From an uncultured bacterium (GTDB lineage Bacteria > Oederibacteriota > PGYV01 > CAWJRG01), in the NCBI GenBank assembly GCA_963845185.1, contig CAWJRG010000009.1, positions 673,782 to 737,781 on the forward strand: a DNA stretch of 64,000 nt. The letters run 5' to 3'. Positions 17,386 to 28,058 of this stretch are shown piece by piece. Each line of letters begins with the position of its first letter. The stretch's first letter is position 1. Position numbers and translations under genes: made by a program. The notes under the pieces were generated by a model, which was given only the letters and a program-made list of their open reading frames with translations, searched no databases and was not told the DNA's origin.

Positions 17386-18081
17386 ATGAAAAAATTTTTA
17401 ATCCTAATATCCTTTCTTGCATTAGCTTTTGTTTTTACATTTATGCAGGGCTGCTCGAAAACTTCGTCTTCCGGGCCCAGCTCAGGCTCGCATCCGTCTC
17501 CCACAACAACTCCTGGATTGCCGTTGACTGAAAATTTTGAAAGTTATTCCCTGGGCGCTTTTGCTTATGGCACCGGTGGTTGGGCAACTACGGGCGCGGG
17601 CGCGTCCATTGTAAATACAGTAGCGGCAAACGGCACATCGCAATCAATAAGCTTGTCAAATTCGACCGGCATAATAAAAGGTTTCAGCAATACGGGAAGT
17701 ATTACATATTTTGAATTTTATGTAAGGGCTACAGGCACAGGATATCCGGTATTGCAGGCGTATAACGGCACCACAGCTATAGACCCTATATTTAATTTTA
17801 GCGTTCTTGGAGACATAGGCGGGACGATTGAAATCGACGGCTATGACGGCACAAATACCGAGACATTGATTCACTATTCAACGGGAGTAACTTTTGCCGC
17901 CGATACATGGTATAAAATAAAAATAGAGGTAAATTCCGCAAGCGGCGCCCTGAATATCTGGGTCAATGACGCAAACCAAACAACCGGCTCGACATTGACA
18001 GCTGACAAACAGCCGGCCCAGGTCCAGTTTGCAGGTTTCGGCAGTACATGCTATTATGATGAAATAAACATACATAATTAA
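17386..18081 (+). CDS. Lipoprotein.
   Basis: Signal peptide MKKFLILISFLALAFVFTFMQGCSK. Confidence 0.55.
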   Translation: MKKFLILISFLALAFVFTFMQGCSKTSSSGPSSGSHPSPTTTPGLPLTENFESYSLGAFAYGTGGWATTGAGASIVNTVAANGTSQSISLSNSTGIIKGFSNTGSITYFEFYVRATGTGYPVLQAYNGTTAIDPIFNFSVLGDIGGTIEIDGYDGTNTETLIHYSTGVTFAADTWYKIKIEVNSASGALNIWVNDANQTTGSTLTADKQPAQVQFAGFGSTCYYDEINIHN

Positions 18082-18164
18082 ATTTAATATTCACGGAATT
18101 GGAGGCAATAATGAATAAGGCCCAAAGATTTATATTGCCGCAAAGGCAAAAAAGGAGGGAATAA

Positions 18165-19262
18165 ATGAAAAAAACATTGATTTTATTTTGCTTGCTTTTT
18201 CTTGCTGGTTGTTTCAGCAGTATTGGCTGCAGTTGCAGTAAAAAATCCTTGCCTACTTCTCCGGTGGCAACGCAAACCCCCAACCCAACGTCAAAATCCT
18301 GGGTTGCAACAAATATCGGGCTTACTTCCGGCAGCATTAATGACTTGCAGATTTTTGACCAGAATGACGGCTGGGCATGTGGAGGAGACGGCTCGGTGGG
18401 GGTTATTTACCGTTATAACGGCTCAAGCTGGGTAAAGCTCACCACTCCAACGATTACCGGCACCTGGTCGCTAAACGCCATTGCTCCTGTCGACGCTGAG
18501 CACTGTTATATAGCAGGGACCAGCTCAAATTCAGGCAGTTATTATCCTGTTATAATATACTGCAACGGCACAACATGTTCCATATCCACGAATCCTGCTG
18601 CGCCTGATTTGTCAGCATACGCAGGCTCTCTTTCTATCCTTAACTCAGCGTATTTCAACGGCTCGCTTTATATAGGCGGGACAGTCAGCACCAGCCTTAA
18701 AGCTACAGGGACCATTTTATATAAATACTCAAACAGCGCATGGTCGTCGGACATAGACCCATATACATGGGGTACTGCCGGCAACCCTGTCCACATGAAA
18801 GTCGCAGGCGACGGAAGTGCCGTATGGTATCTAGTTACCAATTGCGACCAGTTGCAATGCAGTGTCCCAGTATATATTACCGAAGGCTATAAAGATACAG
18901 GGTCGGGGTTTGCATCCGTCAATATAGAACCCGGCCTTGACCCGTACTACGGAGCGTGGTTTATGGATGCAAATAACGGATGGTGCATAGGACAGGACGG
19001 GAATTTTAACCAGGCAATTTTTCAAATATTAAATAATAATTCAACGGAAATAACTACAAGCGGTACAACTTTGCAGGCGATAATGCAGGACGTGGACGGC
19101 ATGGTATGGGTCGCCACCAGCGATGGAATATATTACCATCCGCAGGGGACCAGCTCATGGCAGCTACATACAAGCGTAGCAACTTTGGGGCAATCCGTGA
19201 TTAAATTCGGGAAATACGGCTGGGCAGCGACAAACGCAAGGGAACTTTTGCATTTACAATAA
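18165..19262 (+). CDS. Lipoprotein with BNR/Ycf48-like beta-propeller repeats.
   Basis: Signal plus lipobox. Shares a 40-nt upstream leader with the gene at 19373. Confidence 0.5.
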   Translation: MKKTLILFCLLFLAGCFSSIGCSCSKKSLPTSPVATQTPNPTSKSWVATNIGLTSGSINDLQIFDQNDGWACGGDGSVGVIYRYNGSSWVKLTTPTITGTWSLNAIAPVDAEHCYIAGTSSNSGSYYPVIIYCNGTTCSISTNPAAPDLSAYAGSLSILNSAYFNGSLYIGGTVSTSLKATGTILYKYSNSAWSSDIDPYTWGTAGNPVHMKVAGDGSAVWYLVTNCDQLQCSVPVYITEGYKDTGSGFASVNIEPGLDPYYGAWFMDANNGWCIGQDGNFNQAIFQILNNNSTEITTSGTTLQAIMQDVDGMVWVATSDGIYYHPQGTSSWQLHTSVATLGQSVIKFGKYGWAATNARELLHLQ

Positions 19263-19372
19263 GCCGGAAAGAACAGCAAGACTTTTAAAATTAAATAATA
19301 CCGGAACCGGAGGCAGTGATGGACAAGGACCGAAAATTCATATTGCCGCAAAGGCAAAAAAGGAGGGAATAA

Positions 19373-19846
19373 ATGAAAAAATTATTAATGCTGTTTTTGA
19401 TTTTATTGATTGTGTTTTTTGCAGGCATTGGCTGCCATAAATCCAACCAGCCTGCCGCCAAAAGCGAAAACGAGCAGATGGGAATAACATTCAAGGGACA
19501 GGAAAGCCAGCTGAACGGAACCTGGCTGGGGACTGCGGATAACGGGATTGCCATACAGTTTAATTTCCAGTCGGGCAAGGTAATTGAGGAATGGTATGAC
19601 TGGGTTACGGGCGGAATGTATGGTTCAGGAGGATGGATGAATGACATGAAAGGAAACGAAGGTTACATAGGGTATTACAGTTTTGACGGCACGAATTTTG
19701 CCCTGGCAGTCAATGACAGTGCGCCCGGCGCGCCTGTCACAACGGTCACAAGGACAATGACAGGCACCATCAGCGGTAGCACCATTTCCGGCACAACCGT
19801 ATGGAACCAGACAAATACGTACAATTTTTCTATTACAAAACAATAA
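19373..19846 (+). CDS. Small lipoprotein.
   Basis: Signal peptide FFAGIGCHK. Shares the leader ttcatattgccgcaaaggcaaaaaaggagggaataaATG. Confidence 0.5.
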   Translation: MKKLLMLFLILLIVFFAGIGCHKSNQPAAKSENEQMGITFKGQESQLNGTWLGTADNGIAIQFNFQSGKVIEEWYDWVTGGMYGSGGWMNDMKGNEGYIGYYSFDGTNFALAVNDSAPGAPVTTVTRTMTGTISGSTISGTTVWNQTNTYNFSITKQ

Positions 19847-19905
19847 TTTATCCTGATGGATTGGTAAGGCAAAAAATATAATTTCGAAGGAGACATACAG
19901 GGACA

Positions 19906-22846
19906 ATGAAAAAAAATGTTAACCGGAAAATTATATTAATAACGTTATTTTTTTTAACGTTATTAGCCGGATGGAACACTATAGCAGCTGCTTTAGCACC
20001 GCCTTGCTACTTGATGCAATGGGGAACCAGCGGAACCGGAAATGGCCAATTTAAAGGAATTCCAGCCATAGCTGTCGACAGCAGCGGGAATGTTTATGCG
20101 GCGGATACGGGCAACAACAGGATTCAGGAATTTACATCGGATGGGGCTTATATAACACAATGGGGCACTTCCGGAGGCGGCAACGGGCAGTTTAATGATC
20201 CCGGATGTATTGCAATGAGCGGAACCGGCAACATTTATGTCGATGATTCAATGAACTTCAGGATGCAGGAATTCTCTGCACCGGGGGTTTATGTAACTCA
20301 GTGGGGAAGTAATGGTTCAGCCAATGGGCAGTTTGTCAATCCACAAGCTGAATTTGTCGACAGCAGCGGAAACGCGTATGCAGCGGATTCGGGCAACAAC
20401 AGGATTCAGGAATTTACGTCAACAGGGGTTTATATAGCACAATGGGGCACTGCAGGAACAGGCAATGGCCAGTTTAATCTCCCTGTTGGCATAGTAATTG
20501 ACAGCAGTGGGAATATATATGTGTCAGAGCAGAATAACAACAGGATACAAAAATTTACATCAGCAGGGGTTTACATAACGCAATGGGGCGGTGCCGGAGC
20601 CGGTAACGGGCAGTTCAGTAATCCCGAACTGATAGCAATAGACAGCAATGGAAATATTTATGTAGCGGATTCTCTTAATAACAGGATACAGGAATTCGCG
20701 TCGGATGGGACCTATTTAACTCAATGGGGAAGTTATGGTGCAGGCGATGGCCAGTTTAATAATCCTTACGGAGTGGCAGTGGACAACAGCGGAAACGTGT
20801 ATGTGGCGGATACCAAAAACAGCAGGATAGAAAAATTTGGAGTGTGTCCAAGTCCCACAATGACGCCGAGCATTACGCCGACAAATACGGCTATAAACAC
20901 GCCCGGGCCGACTCCATGCTATATGACCCAATGGGGCGGTGCCGGAGCCGGTAACGGGCAGTTTAACCTGCCAGACGGCATTGCTGTGGACAACAGCGGA
21001 AATATTTATGTAACGGACAGCAGTAATGTCAGGATTCAGAAATTTACAAGTACAGGGGCATACATAACACAATGGGGCAGCGGTGGAACCGGCAACGGAC
21101 AGTTTGGCGGGCCTCGCGGATTAGCAGCTGACAGTAGCGGGAATGTTTATGTGGTAGATACGAATAACAACAGGATACAAAAATTTACAAACACGGGGAC
21201 ATATATAACGCAATGGGGAACCAGCGGGAGCGGCAACGGACAGTTTAACGGCCCCTGGGGTATAGCCGCAGACAGTAGTGGAAATATTTATGTTACGGAT
21301 AACGGGAACAGCAGGATTCAGAAATTTGACAGTTCAGGAACATATATAACACAATGGGGCAGCACCGGCAGCGGAAGCGGGCAGTTTAACCAGCCGGAAG
21401 GCATAACTGCCGACAACAGCGGTAATATTTATGTTGCTGATGCCGGCAATAACAGGATACAGGAATTTACAAATACAGGAACATATATAACACAATGGGG
21501 CAGCACCGGCAGCGGCATAGGGCAATTTAATTGGTCCAGGGGCATATCTGTTGATAACAATGGAAATGTATATGTGGCGGATGACAGCAATTCAAGGATT
21601 CAGGAATTTACATCTTACGGAAGCATCATAACCCTGTGGGGGAGTTTCGGGAACGCTATTGGTCAGTTTAACTCACCATAATGATGTTGCTGTGGATAAC
21701 GGTGGGAATATATTTGTAGCCGATACATTTAACAACAGGATACAAAAATTCGGTGATTGCTTGAGCCATACACCGACTGTCACACAGACAAATACTCCTT
21801 CCGCGACAGGAACAATAACACATACTATAACCCTGACGGCGACACCCAGTACGACCCCGACAAGTACGGACTCAATTACAGCTACATATTCCTCCACAAG
21901 CACGGTTACGCCGACTTCTACAATAACAAATACAAGCACGCCGTCACCGACGAGCACCCAGACACAGACATATACTGCTACAGCAACAATTACGCTGACT
22001 GTATCCCAGACAGATACGCCTACGATAACCCCGACATCCACAGATACAATGTCGTTTACAAGCACCCCGACAGCAACGCCAACTTTTACAGATACGGCGA
22101 CTTACACCATAACGCAGACATTTACAAATTCCCCTACAATCACGCAAACAAGCACGGTTACGCCCACGCCTCTGCCGTCGCCAGTGGAACTTGTAATCAC
22201 AAAAAAGGCATTGCAGGGGGAAGAGCCTGCAATAGGCGCGTCGATAACTTATGAAATCGACATACAAAATCCGGGATATGCCGGAGTGAACAACCTTGTT
22301 GTATGGGACACGCTTCCGGGCGAGGTGAGTTATCAGGAAAACGTTTCCGGAATTACCCCTGTTGTCTACGGCGGCAACGTGCTCGTATGGAACCTCGGAG
22401 GGCCGTTTAATCCGGGCAGCGTAATAACGCTGCAGTTTATTGTGCAGATAGTTTCACTCGATGAGGGCAATACGCCCATAAAGAATGTTGTTTCCGCTGA
22501 TTATAACGACCCTATGTATAATGGCATGTACGGCAGGCACCCTGTAATCACGTCAAATGTTTCTTTTTATCCGGCAGGCCTGCCTGTTGTCTATCCCAAT
22601 CCTTTTAACCCGAGGACAGCGCGTAACGGGAAGATGAAATTCGATAACCTTATACCAAGCGCGCAGGTTGAAATATACACGGTGGTCGGGGAGGAAGTAT
22701 GGAAATCAGGGCCCGCGCAGGGGATAAAGATATACTGGGACGGCAAGACCAACACGGGAAATGAGGTAAAAACAGGCGGGTATTATTACATAATCAAAAA
22801 CGGGCAGTGGGTGTATAAAGGCAAGCTGCTGCTGATAAGGGAATAA
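19906..22846 (+). pseudogene. NHL-repeat (six-bladed beta-propeller) adhesin of about 985 aa with a Thr/Pro-rich linker and a T9SS/FlgD-Ig-like C-terminal sorting domain. A frameshift near 21670-21680 splits it into 19906-21681 and 21659-22846.
   Basis: More than 16 NHL repeats (GQFN.P.GIAVDSSGNIYV.D..NNRIQ.F) continue unbroken across the frame change. The C-terminus reads PNPFNPRTARNGKMKFDNLIPSAQVEIYTVVGEEVW...GGYYYIIKNG. Confidence 0.6.
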
Positions 22847-22848
22847 AT

Positions 22849-24099
22849 ATGAAAAAAATAATACTGGCATTGATTTTATTCCTGCCGGCGTATTTATCCG
22901 CTACCGAGGCAGGGACAACAAATTTTTCAGAGCTGAAGATAGTGCCCGGGGCGAGGCAGGCTGCCATGTCCGAAGCCTTTACCGGGCTTGCCGACGACAT
23001 AAACGCCATATACTGGAACCCTGCGGGCATGGCTTTTTTAAGCGGGACACAACTGTGCTTTATGAGGGCAAACTGGCTCATGGACGGGAATTTCAGTTAT
23101 GGGGCGGGGAGCTTTTCCTCCGACTTCGGGACAATAGGCATATACGCGAGTTATTTTGATTTAGGGGCGTTTGACATGACGACTGAAGATGCGCTTGGGA
23201 ACTATAATATAACCGGCCAGAAAGTGACTGAGACGGACATGAATGTAATACTCGCGCACAGCGCCAAAATCAGCGAGGATTTTTCATTTGGGCTAAAATG
23301 GATAGTATTATTTGAGAATGTATATAACGATTCAGGCAGCGGTTCGGCGTTTGGGATAAGCCTTTTTAAGAAGCCCGTAGGGGAGAATTATTCATGGGGG
23401 CTGGCTGTGGAGAACCTTGGCCTTGTAACAAACAGGGACGCGCTGCCTGTAGTGGCAAGGCTCGGAGGCAGCTGCAGGTTCCCACTGCTGAATATCAACA
23501 GGATGTTTTCATACGATAATTACGTGGAGGCAACACCGACGGATTCCGTGATTTCAGCGGACGCGGTATGGTACCTTGCGGAACAGATTTTCAGGGCAAA
23601 CCTCGGCATAGAAACGACAGCAAGGCTTGGGAAATATAAACTGAGTTTGAGGGCAGGGGGAAAATTCAGCAATGAGAGTGATTATGGATACGGGTTCGGG
23701 TTTTCAACAGGGCTTGGCGTAGCATACGACGCGGGAGGCACCGAGTTCTGCCTGGATTACGCGTATGTGCCCATAGGGGAGATAGGAGACACGCACAGGA
23801 TGTCTGTGACAGGGAAATTCGGAGGGCAAAAGGAGCCATTAAAATATCCGGATAAGGCAAAAGAAGCGTGCAAAAGGGGCGAGGAGTTCATGGCAAAAAA
23901 TGATATCCCGGCGGCGCTGGACGCTTTTTATGAGGCAAGGAAGTATGACGACGCATATTGCCAGGCATACGCAGGCATGGGAAAATGCTTTGAGGTATTG
24001 GGCAAAAAAGAACTGGCGCTCATGGCGTATAAAAAAGCGCATGAATGCGACCGGAACAACAAGGAAGTAAATGATATTCTCGAAAAAACGGTGAAATAA
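22849..24099 (+). CDS. PorV/LptO-like outer-membrane beta-barrel (T9SS shuttle-like) with a C-terminal TPR extension.
   Basis: Signal peptide present. N-terminus reads GARQAAMSEAFTGLADDINAIYWNPAGMAFL. Adjacent to T9SS-type cargo. Confidence 0.45.
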   Translation: MKKIILALILFLPAYLSATEAGTTNFSELKIVPGARQAAMSEAFTGLADDINAIYWNPAGMAFLSGTQLCFMRANWLMDGNFSYGAGSFSSDFGTIGIYASYFDLGAFDMTTEDALGNYNITGQKVTETDMNVILAHSAKISEDFSFGLKWIVLFENVYNDSGSGSAFGISLFKKPVGENYSWGLAVENLGLVTNRDALPVVARLGGSCRFPLLNINRMFSYDNYVEATPTDSVISADAVWYLAEQIFRANLGIETTARLGKYKLSLRAGGKFSNESDYGYGFGFSTGLGVAYDAGGTEFCLDYAYVPIGEIGDTHRMSVTGKFGGQKEPLKYPDKAKEACKRGEEFMAKNDIPAALDAFYEARKYDDAYCQAYAGMGKCFEVLGKKELALMAYKKAHECDRNNKEVNDILEKTVK

Positions 24100-24241
24100 A
24101 GGAGACTGCAGATTTTTGAATTAATGATATTAAAGCATGCAAATAAAGCGCCGAATATGGACGCTGCACATAGAGGGAAACGGCCGGCAAATGGCAGAGT
24201 GTGTTATAAAATATGCTTTATTATTAAGGTGAGTTAATATT

Positions 24242-25222
24242 ATGGGAAAAAAATCAAACAGATTTGGCTTCAAGCTTTATATTATATTTTTCATTGTAAT
24301 ATTTTTTATATCGTCCTGTGCTTTAAATGAGTATGAAATAAAGAGAAATAAAACGGACGATGGAGAAGTTATTTCCCTGGTGAATAATAAGAATCATGGC
24401 ATCTTTTGCGAACAATCAAACATTGAAAAACAAGTTCACGCAAATAAAGCGTCATATTATCTAAAAATCCTATTATGCACGGATTTAGTCATTCGTAATT
24501 TACCGCAAATGCCTATAGTTCTGGAACTTGATGACGGAGAAAAGCTTAGCCTGGAATTTTATAAAGAGGATTTAAGCGAACCTGTAAATGTAAGCGGAAG
24601 CCGTCCATATCAATATTATGATATGTCTTCACATAGTATTGTACACGACTATACTAATGAAGTGAATTATTCATATACTCTCCAAAATCAAACAATTTAT
24701 TATAAAATATCAAAGGAAGAAATCAAGCGCATTAGCGAGGCCAAACAGATCAAGTTTTATATTCAATTGCCGGATTTTTTATACAGCAGGACGGATACTA
24801 TTGATGAAGGAGCAATAAAAAATTTCAAACTATTTTATGATAATTTTGTTGCAGACAGCAAAGAAACTGAAAATAATAATAATAAGTCGCTGGCGGCAGT
24901 TGATAGTGCGTTTATCCCTTACAAAAATAATACTAAAGGAAACAAACAACTTAACGGAGAAAAGAAAGTCTATTATCCGGCAGGAGAATTGAAAGGCAAA
25001 TTGAATTACAAAAATGGAGCACTTGAAGGGGAATGCATATTGTATTATTCCAATGGGAATAAACAAAACGAGGGTGTTTTCAGCAATAATTTACTTGAGG
25101 GCACGGCAAAATTATATTCTGAAAACGGCAAATTGTTAATATCGGAGGAATATAAAGAAAGGCTGTTGATAGTTGGAAAAATACATGATGAAAACGGAGA
25201 AGTAATTGCAACATATCCATAA
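24242..25222 (+). CDS. MORN-repeat-variant (YwqK-like) protein with an Asn-rich region.
   Basis: C-terminal repeats read YYPAGELKGKLNYKNGALEGECILYYSNGNKQNEG. Confidence 0.45.
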   Translation: MGKKSNRFGFKLYIIFFIVIFFISSCALNEYEIKRNKTDDGEVISLVNNKNHGIFCEQSNIEKQVHANKASYYLKILLCTDLVIRNLPQMPIVLELDDGEKLSLEFYKEDLSEPVNVSGSRPYQYYDMSSHSIVHDYTNEVNYSYTLQNQTIYYKISKEEIKRISEAKQIKFYIQLPDFLYSRTDTIDEGAIKNFKLFYDNFVADSKETENNNNKSLAAVDSAFIPYKNNTKGNKQLNGEKKVYYPAGELKGKLNYKNGALEGECILYYSNGNKQNEGVFSNNLLEGTAKLYSENGKLLISEEYKERLLIVGKIHDENGEVIATYP

Positions 25223-25291
25223 ACTATAAAATAAATAAAAGAGTAAAAATCTTACTGGCATTTTTGCATGGCAAAATAATGGAGGCGAAAA

Positions 25292-26146
25292 ATGAAAAAA
25301 ATTCCAGTTATAATTTTATTAATATTTTGCTTTGGCTTATTTACATATTCTGATAACGACGAAGCGCAAAAATATTATAATTCCGGTTTTGATAAGGTTA
25401 ATTCAGGTGACTATAAAGGGGCAATTGAAGATTATAATAAGGCAATAGAACTCGACCCGAATTCTGCCGGTGCTTATAGCAGTCGTGGTGTTATCAAAAG
25501 CATATTGAGCGACTATAAAGGAGTAATTGAGGATTGTACTAAAGCAATAGAACTTGATCCAAACTATAAGGATGCTTATTATAACCGCGGAACAGCCAAA
25601 GATTTATCAGGCGACTATAATGGAGCAATCGAAGACTATAATAAAACAATAGAACTCGAACCTAATTATAAGAAAGCTTATTGCAACCGCGGAAATAGTA
25701 AAGATAGCTTAGGCGACTATAAAGGGGCAATTGAGGACTATAACAAGGCAATAGAACTTGACCCGAACTATGCCGATGCTTATTATAACCGGGGAGGTAC
25801 TAAAGTTAAATCAGACGACCCTGCGGGTGCGATTAAAGATTATAACAGAGCAATAAGTTTTAACCCAAAATATGCTGTGAAAGCTTATAACGGAAAATAT
25901 GCGGCGAAAGCGTATAATAAAATGGGGATGGATAAAATGGTGGAAGAAGACCCTAAAGGAGCACTTAAAGATTTTAATAATGCGATAAAGCTTGACTCAA
26001 AGTTATCAGAGTCTTATTACTATCGCGGACTAATCAAATTTATAGCTTTAAAGGATAAAAAAGGCGCACTAAAAGATTTAAATACTGCCAAAGAACTGGG
26101 TTACGATAAAGCGTATAACGCAATTAAAAAAATTAAAGGCAAATAA
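25292..26146 (+). CDS. Secreted TPR-repeat protein.
   Basis: Signal peptide and repeated YKGAIEDYNKAIELDPN units. Confidence 0.7.
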   Translation: MKKIPVIILLIFCFGLFTYSDNDEAQKYYNSGFDKVNSGDYKGAIEDYNKAIELDPNSAGAYSSRGVIKSILSDYKGVIEDCTKAIELDPNYKDAYYNRGTAKDLSGDYNGAIEDYNKTIELEPNYKKAYCNRGNSKDSLGDYKGAIEDYNKAIELDPNYADAYYNRGGTKVKSDDPAGAIKDYNRAISFNPKYAVKAYNGKYAAKAYNKMGMDKMVEEDPKGALKDFNNAIKLDSKLSESYYYRGLIKFIALKDKKGALKDLNTAKELGYDKAYNAIKKIKGK

Positions 26147-26163
26147 AACGGAGGTGGTTATGA

Positions 26164-28052
26164 GTGCGCCGAGAAAAGCGTATCGGTTCGCGCTGGTGAA
26201 AGTCCAGCCTGGGCAAAGGTCAGCCGCCAGCCCAATACCAAATTCCACAAATAGTGAGGCAACGAGCTAAATGAAGCTGGAAGGCGGGAGACATCGGGAT
26301 ACAACGCAAGTGAAGGTATTGAGCCCCGAAATCGCCAACGTGTCGGAGGCCGACATTTTTCATAAAAGAGCAGGCAGCAGTCCCACAATCATAAAAAGGC
26401 GAGAGAGTGGGAATCCGACGGGGTCTAAGTCCGTGTCAAGATGTCAAGGAGCAGATATGAACTCGGGAGAGCCGGGACACCCTCAAAACGAGAGTATGCG
26501 GCGACAAATCCTAAAAGATAAGGAGCCGCAAAAGATGTTCCGGCAGTCTGACTATCCCATAGTATCGATGAAGTCTACGAAAAGTAGATGGAGAAAAGGG
26601 GATAGAGGGAATGCGTATGGACATAAGGGAGACAACCGCCACACACAGAGGTGGAGACGGAATGGCAACAAAACTTATGACCATAACAATGCGGGCAAAG
26701 GAAAATCCAAAATTGAGATTTACATCGCTGATACACCTGCTCAATGAGGAGTTTCTAATGGAGTGCTTTGGGGAGTTAAAACAGGACAAAGCCCCGGGCA
26801 TTGACGGAGTAAGGATAGAGGAATATGAAGTCAACAAAGAGGCAAATATCAAGGATTTAATCAATAGGATGAAGGCGTGGAGATACATACCGCAACCAAC
26901 AAGGCGCGTCTACATCCCCAAGACAAACGGAGACAAGAGGCCGCTGGGAATACCTGCCGTCGAGGATAAGATAATCCAGATGGGGGTAAAGAAAATTCTT
27001 GAGTCAATCTTTGAGGTAGACTTCAGCGAAGTATCTTACGGGTTCAGGCCTGACAGAAATTGTCATCAGGCATTGAAAATTCTGGATAAGGAAGTAATGA
27101 CAAAGCCAGTCAACGCAGTAGTGGATATGGACATTGAGAAGTTTTTCGATACCATAAACCACAAATGGCTAATGAAATGCCTTACGCAAAGGATTGCCGA
27201 TACAAACCTGATAAGGTTAATCGGCAGGATATTAAATGCAGGGATTATGGAAGAAGGTAAGTTTATCGAAACGGATAAAGGGACGCCGCAGGGCGGAATA
27301 CTAAGCCCATTACTGGCGAACATCTACCTACACTACATATTAGACCTGTGGTTCGAAAGGCATGTCAAGAGACAGCTCAAAGGATACGCCAGTCTGATAC
27401 GTTATGCCGATGACTTTGTTGTGCTGTTCCAATATGACAGCGAAGCAAAGGAGTTTGGCGAAATGTTAAGACAGAGGCTTGATAAGTTTGGCCTCAAAAT
27501 CGCCAAAGATAAATCGAGAATAATCGTATTCGGGCGCCACGCCTGGTATAAGTCCAAAGATACAGGCGGGAAAATTCCGACCTTTGATTTCCTCGGGTTT
27601 ACTCATTACTGCGACAAAACCAGAAAGGGCGGCTTCAAATTAGGCCGAAGGACGGCAAGTACAAAATTCAAACAGAAGATGAAGGCGACGAACTTCTGGC
27701 TAAAGAGCGTAAGAAATCTTGTGGAATTAAAACAGTGGTGGCAGGCATTAGGAAGAAAGTTAACGGGCCACTACAATTATTACGGGATAAGCGGTAATAT
27801 GCCCCAAATAACAAAATTCTACTGGAGAAATCGTGCGCTCGCCTATAAATGGATAAACAGGCGAAGCCAGAAAAGAAGTTACAACTGGGAACAGTTTTGC
27901 CGCTTTCTAAAGATACAACCCATTGCCGGAACCCAGGATATATCATTTAACCTATTCGCTGTCATCGTATTAGGAAGTATTCCCGTGGAGCCGAATGACC
28001 GAAACGGTCACGTTCGGTTCTGAGAGGGGCATTAAGTAACCAAAGGAGGTTA
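26164..28052 (+). mobile_element. Group II intron. The 5' end is GTGCGCCGAG, domain V lies at ~27990-28022, and domain VI follows.
   Basis: Starts GUGCG at 26164. The internal RT/maturase ORF runs into domain V (gagccgaatgaccgaaacggtcacgttcggttc). The 3' boundary is approximate, within about 15 nt. Confidence 0.75.
26611..28023 (+). CDS. ltrA: Group II intron-encoded reverse transcriptase/maturase with no endonuclease domain.
   Basis: RT motifs PGIDGV, RRVYIPKTNGDKRPLGIP, FDTINH and YADDFVV. A domain X follows. There is no HNH tail. Confidence 0.85.
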   Translation: MRMDIRETTATHRGGDGMATKLMTITMRAKENPKLRFTSLIHLLNEEFLMECFGELKQDKAPGIDGVRIEEYEVNKEANIKDLINRMKAWRYIPQPTRRVYIPKTNGDKRPLGIPAVEDKIIQMGVKKILESIFEVDFSEVSYGFRPDRNCHQALKILDKEVMTKPVNAVVDMDIEKFFDTINHKWLMKCLTQRIADTNLIRLIGRILNAGIMEEGKFIETDKGTPQGGILSPLLANIYLHYILDLWFERHVKRQLKGYASLIRYADDFVVLFQYDSEAKEFGEMLRQRLDKFGLKIAKDKSRIIVFGRHAWYKSKDTGGKIPTFDFLGFTHYCDKTRKGGFKLGRRTASTKFKQKMKATNFWLKSVRNLVELKQWWQALGRKLTGHYNYYGISGNMPQITKFYWRNRALAYKWINRRSQKRSYNWEQFCRFLKIQPIAGTQDISFNLFAVIVLGSIPVEPNDRNGHVRF

Positions 28053-28058
28053 TAAAAG

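Noticed and set aside
19906-22846. Treating 19906-21681 and 21659-22846 as two independent genes.
   Set aside because: The NHL repeat register is continuous across the junction. The second ORF has no signal peptide or RBS and begins mid-repeat. A single frameshifted gene is the better model.
26271-26747. 158-aa K/R-rich ORF inside the group II intron.
   Set aside because: It lies within intron domains I-III upstream of the RT ORF, in a region that is structured RNA. It has no recognisable motifs and is most likely a spurious reading of intron RNA.
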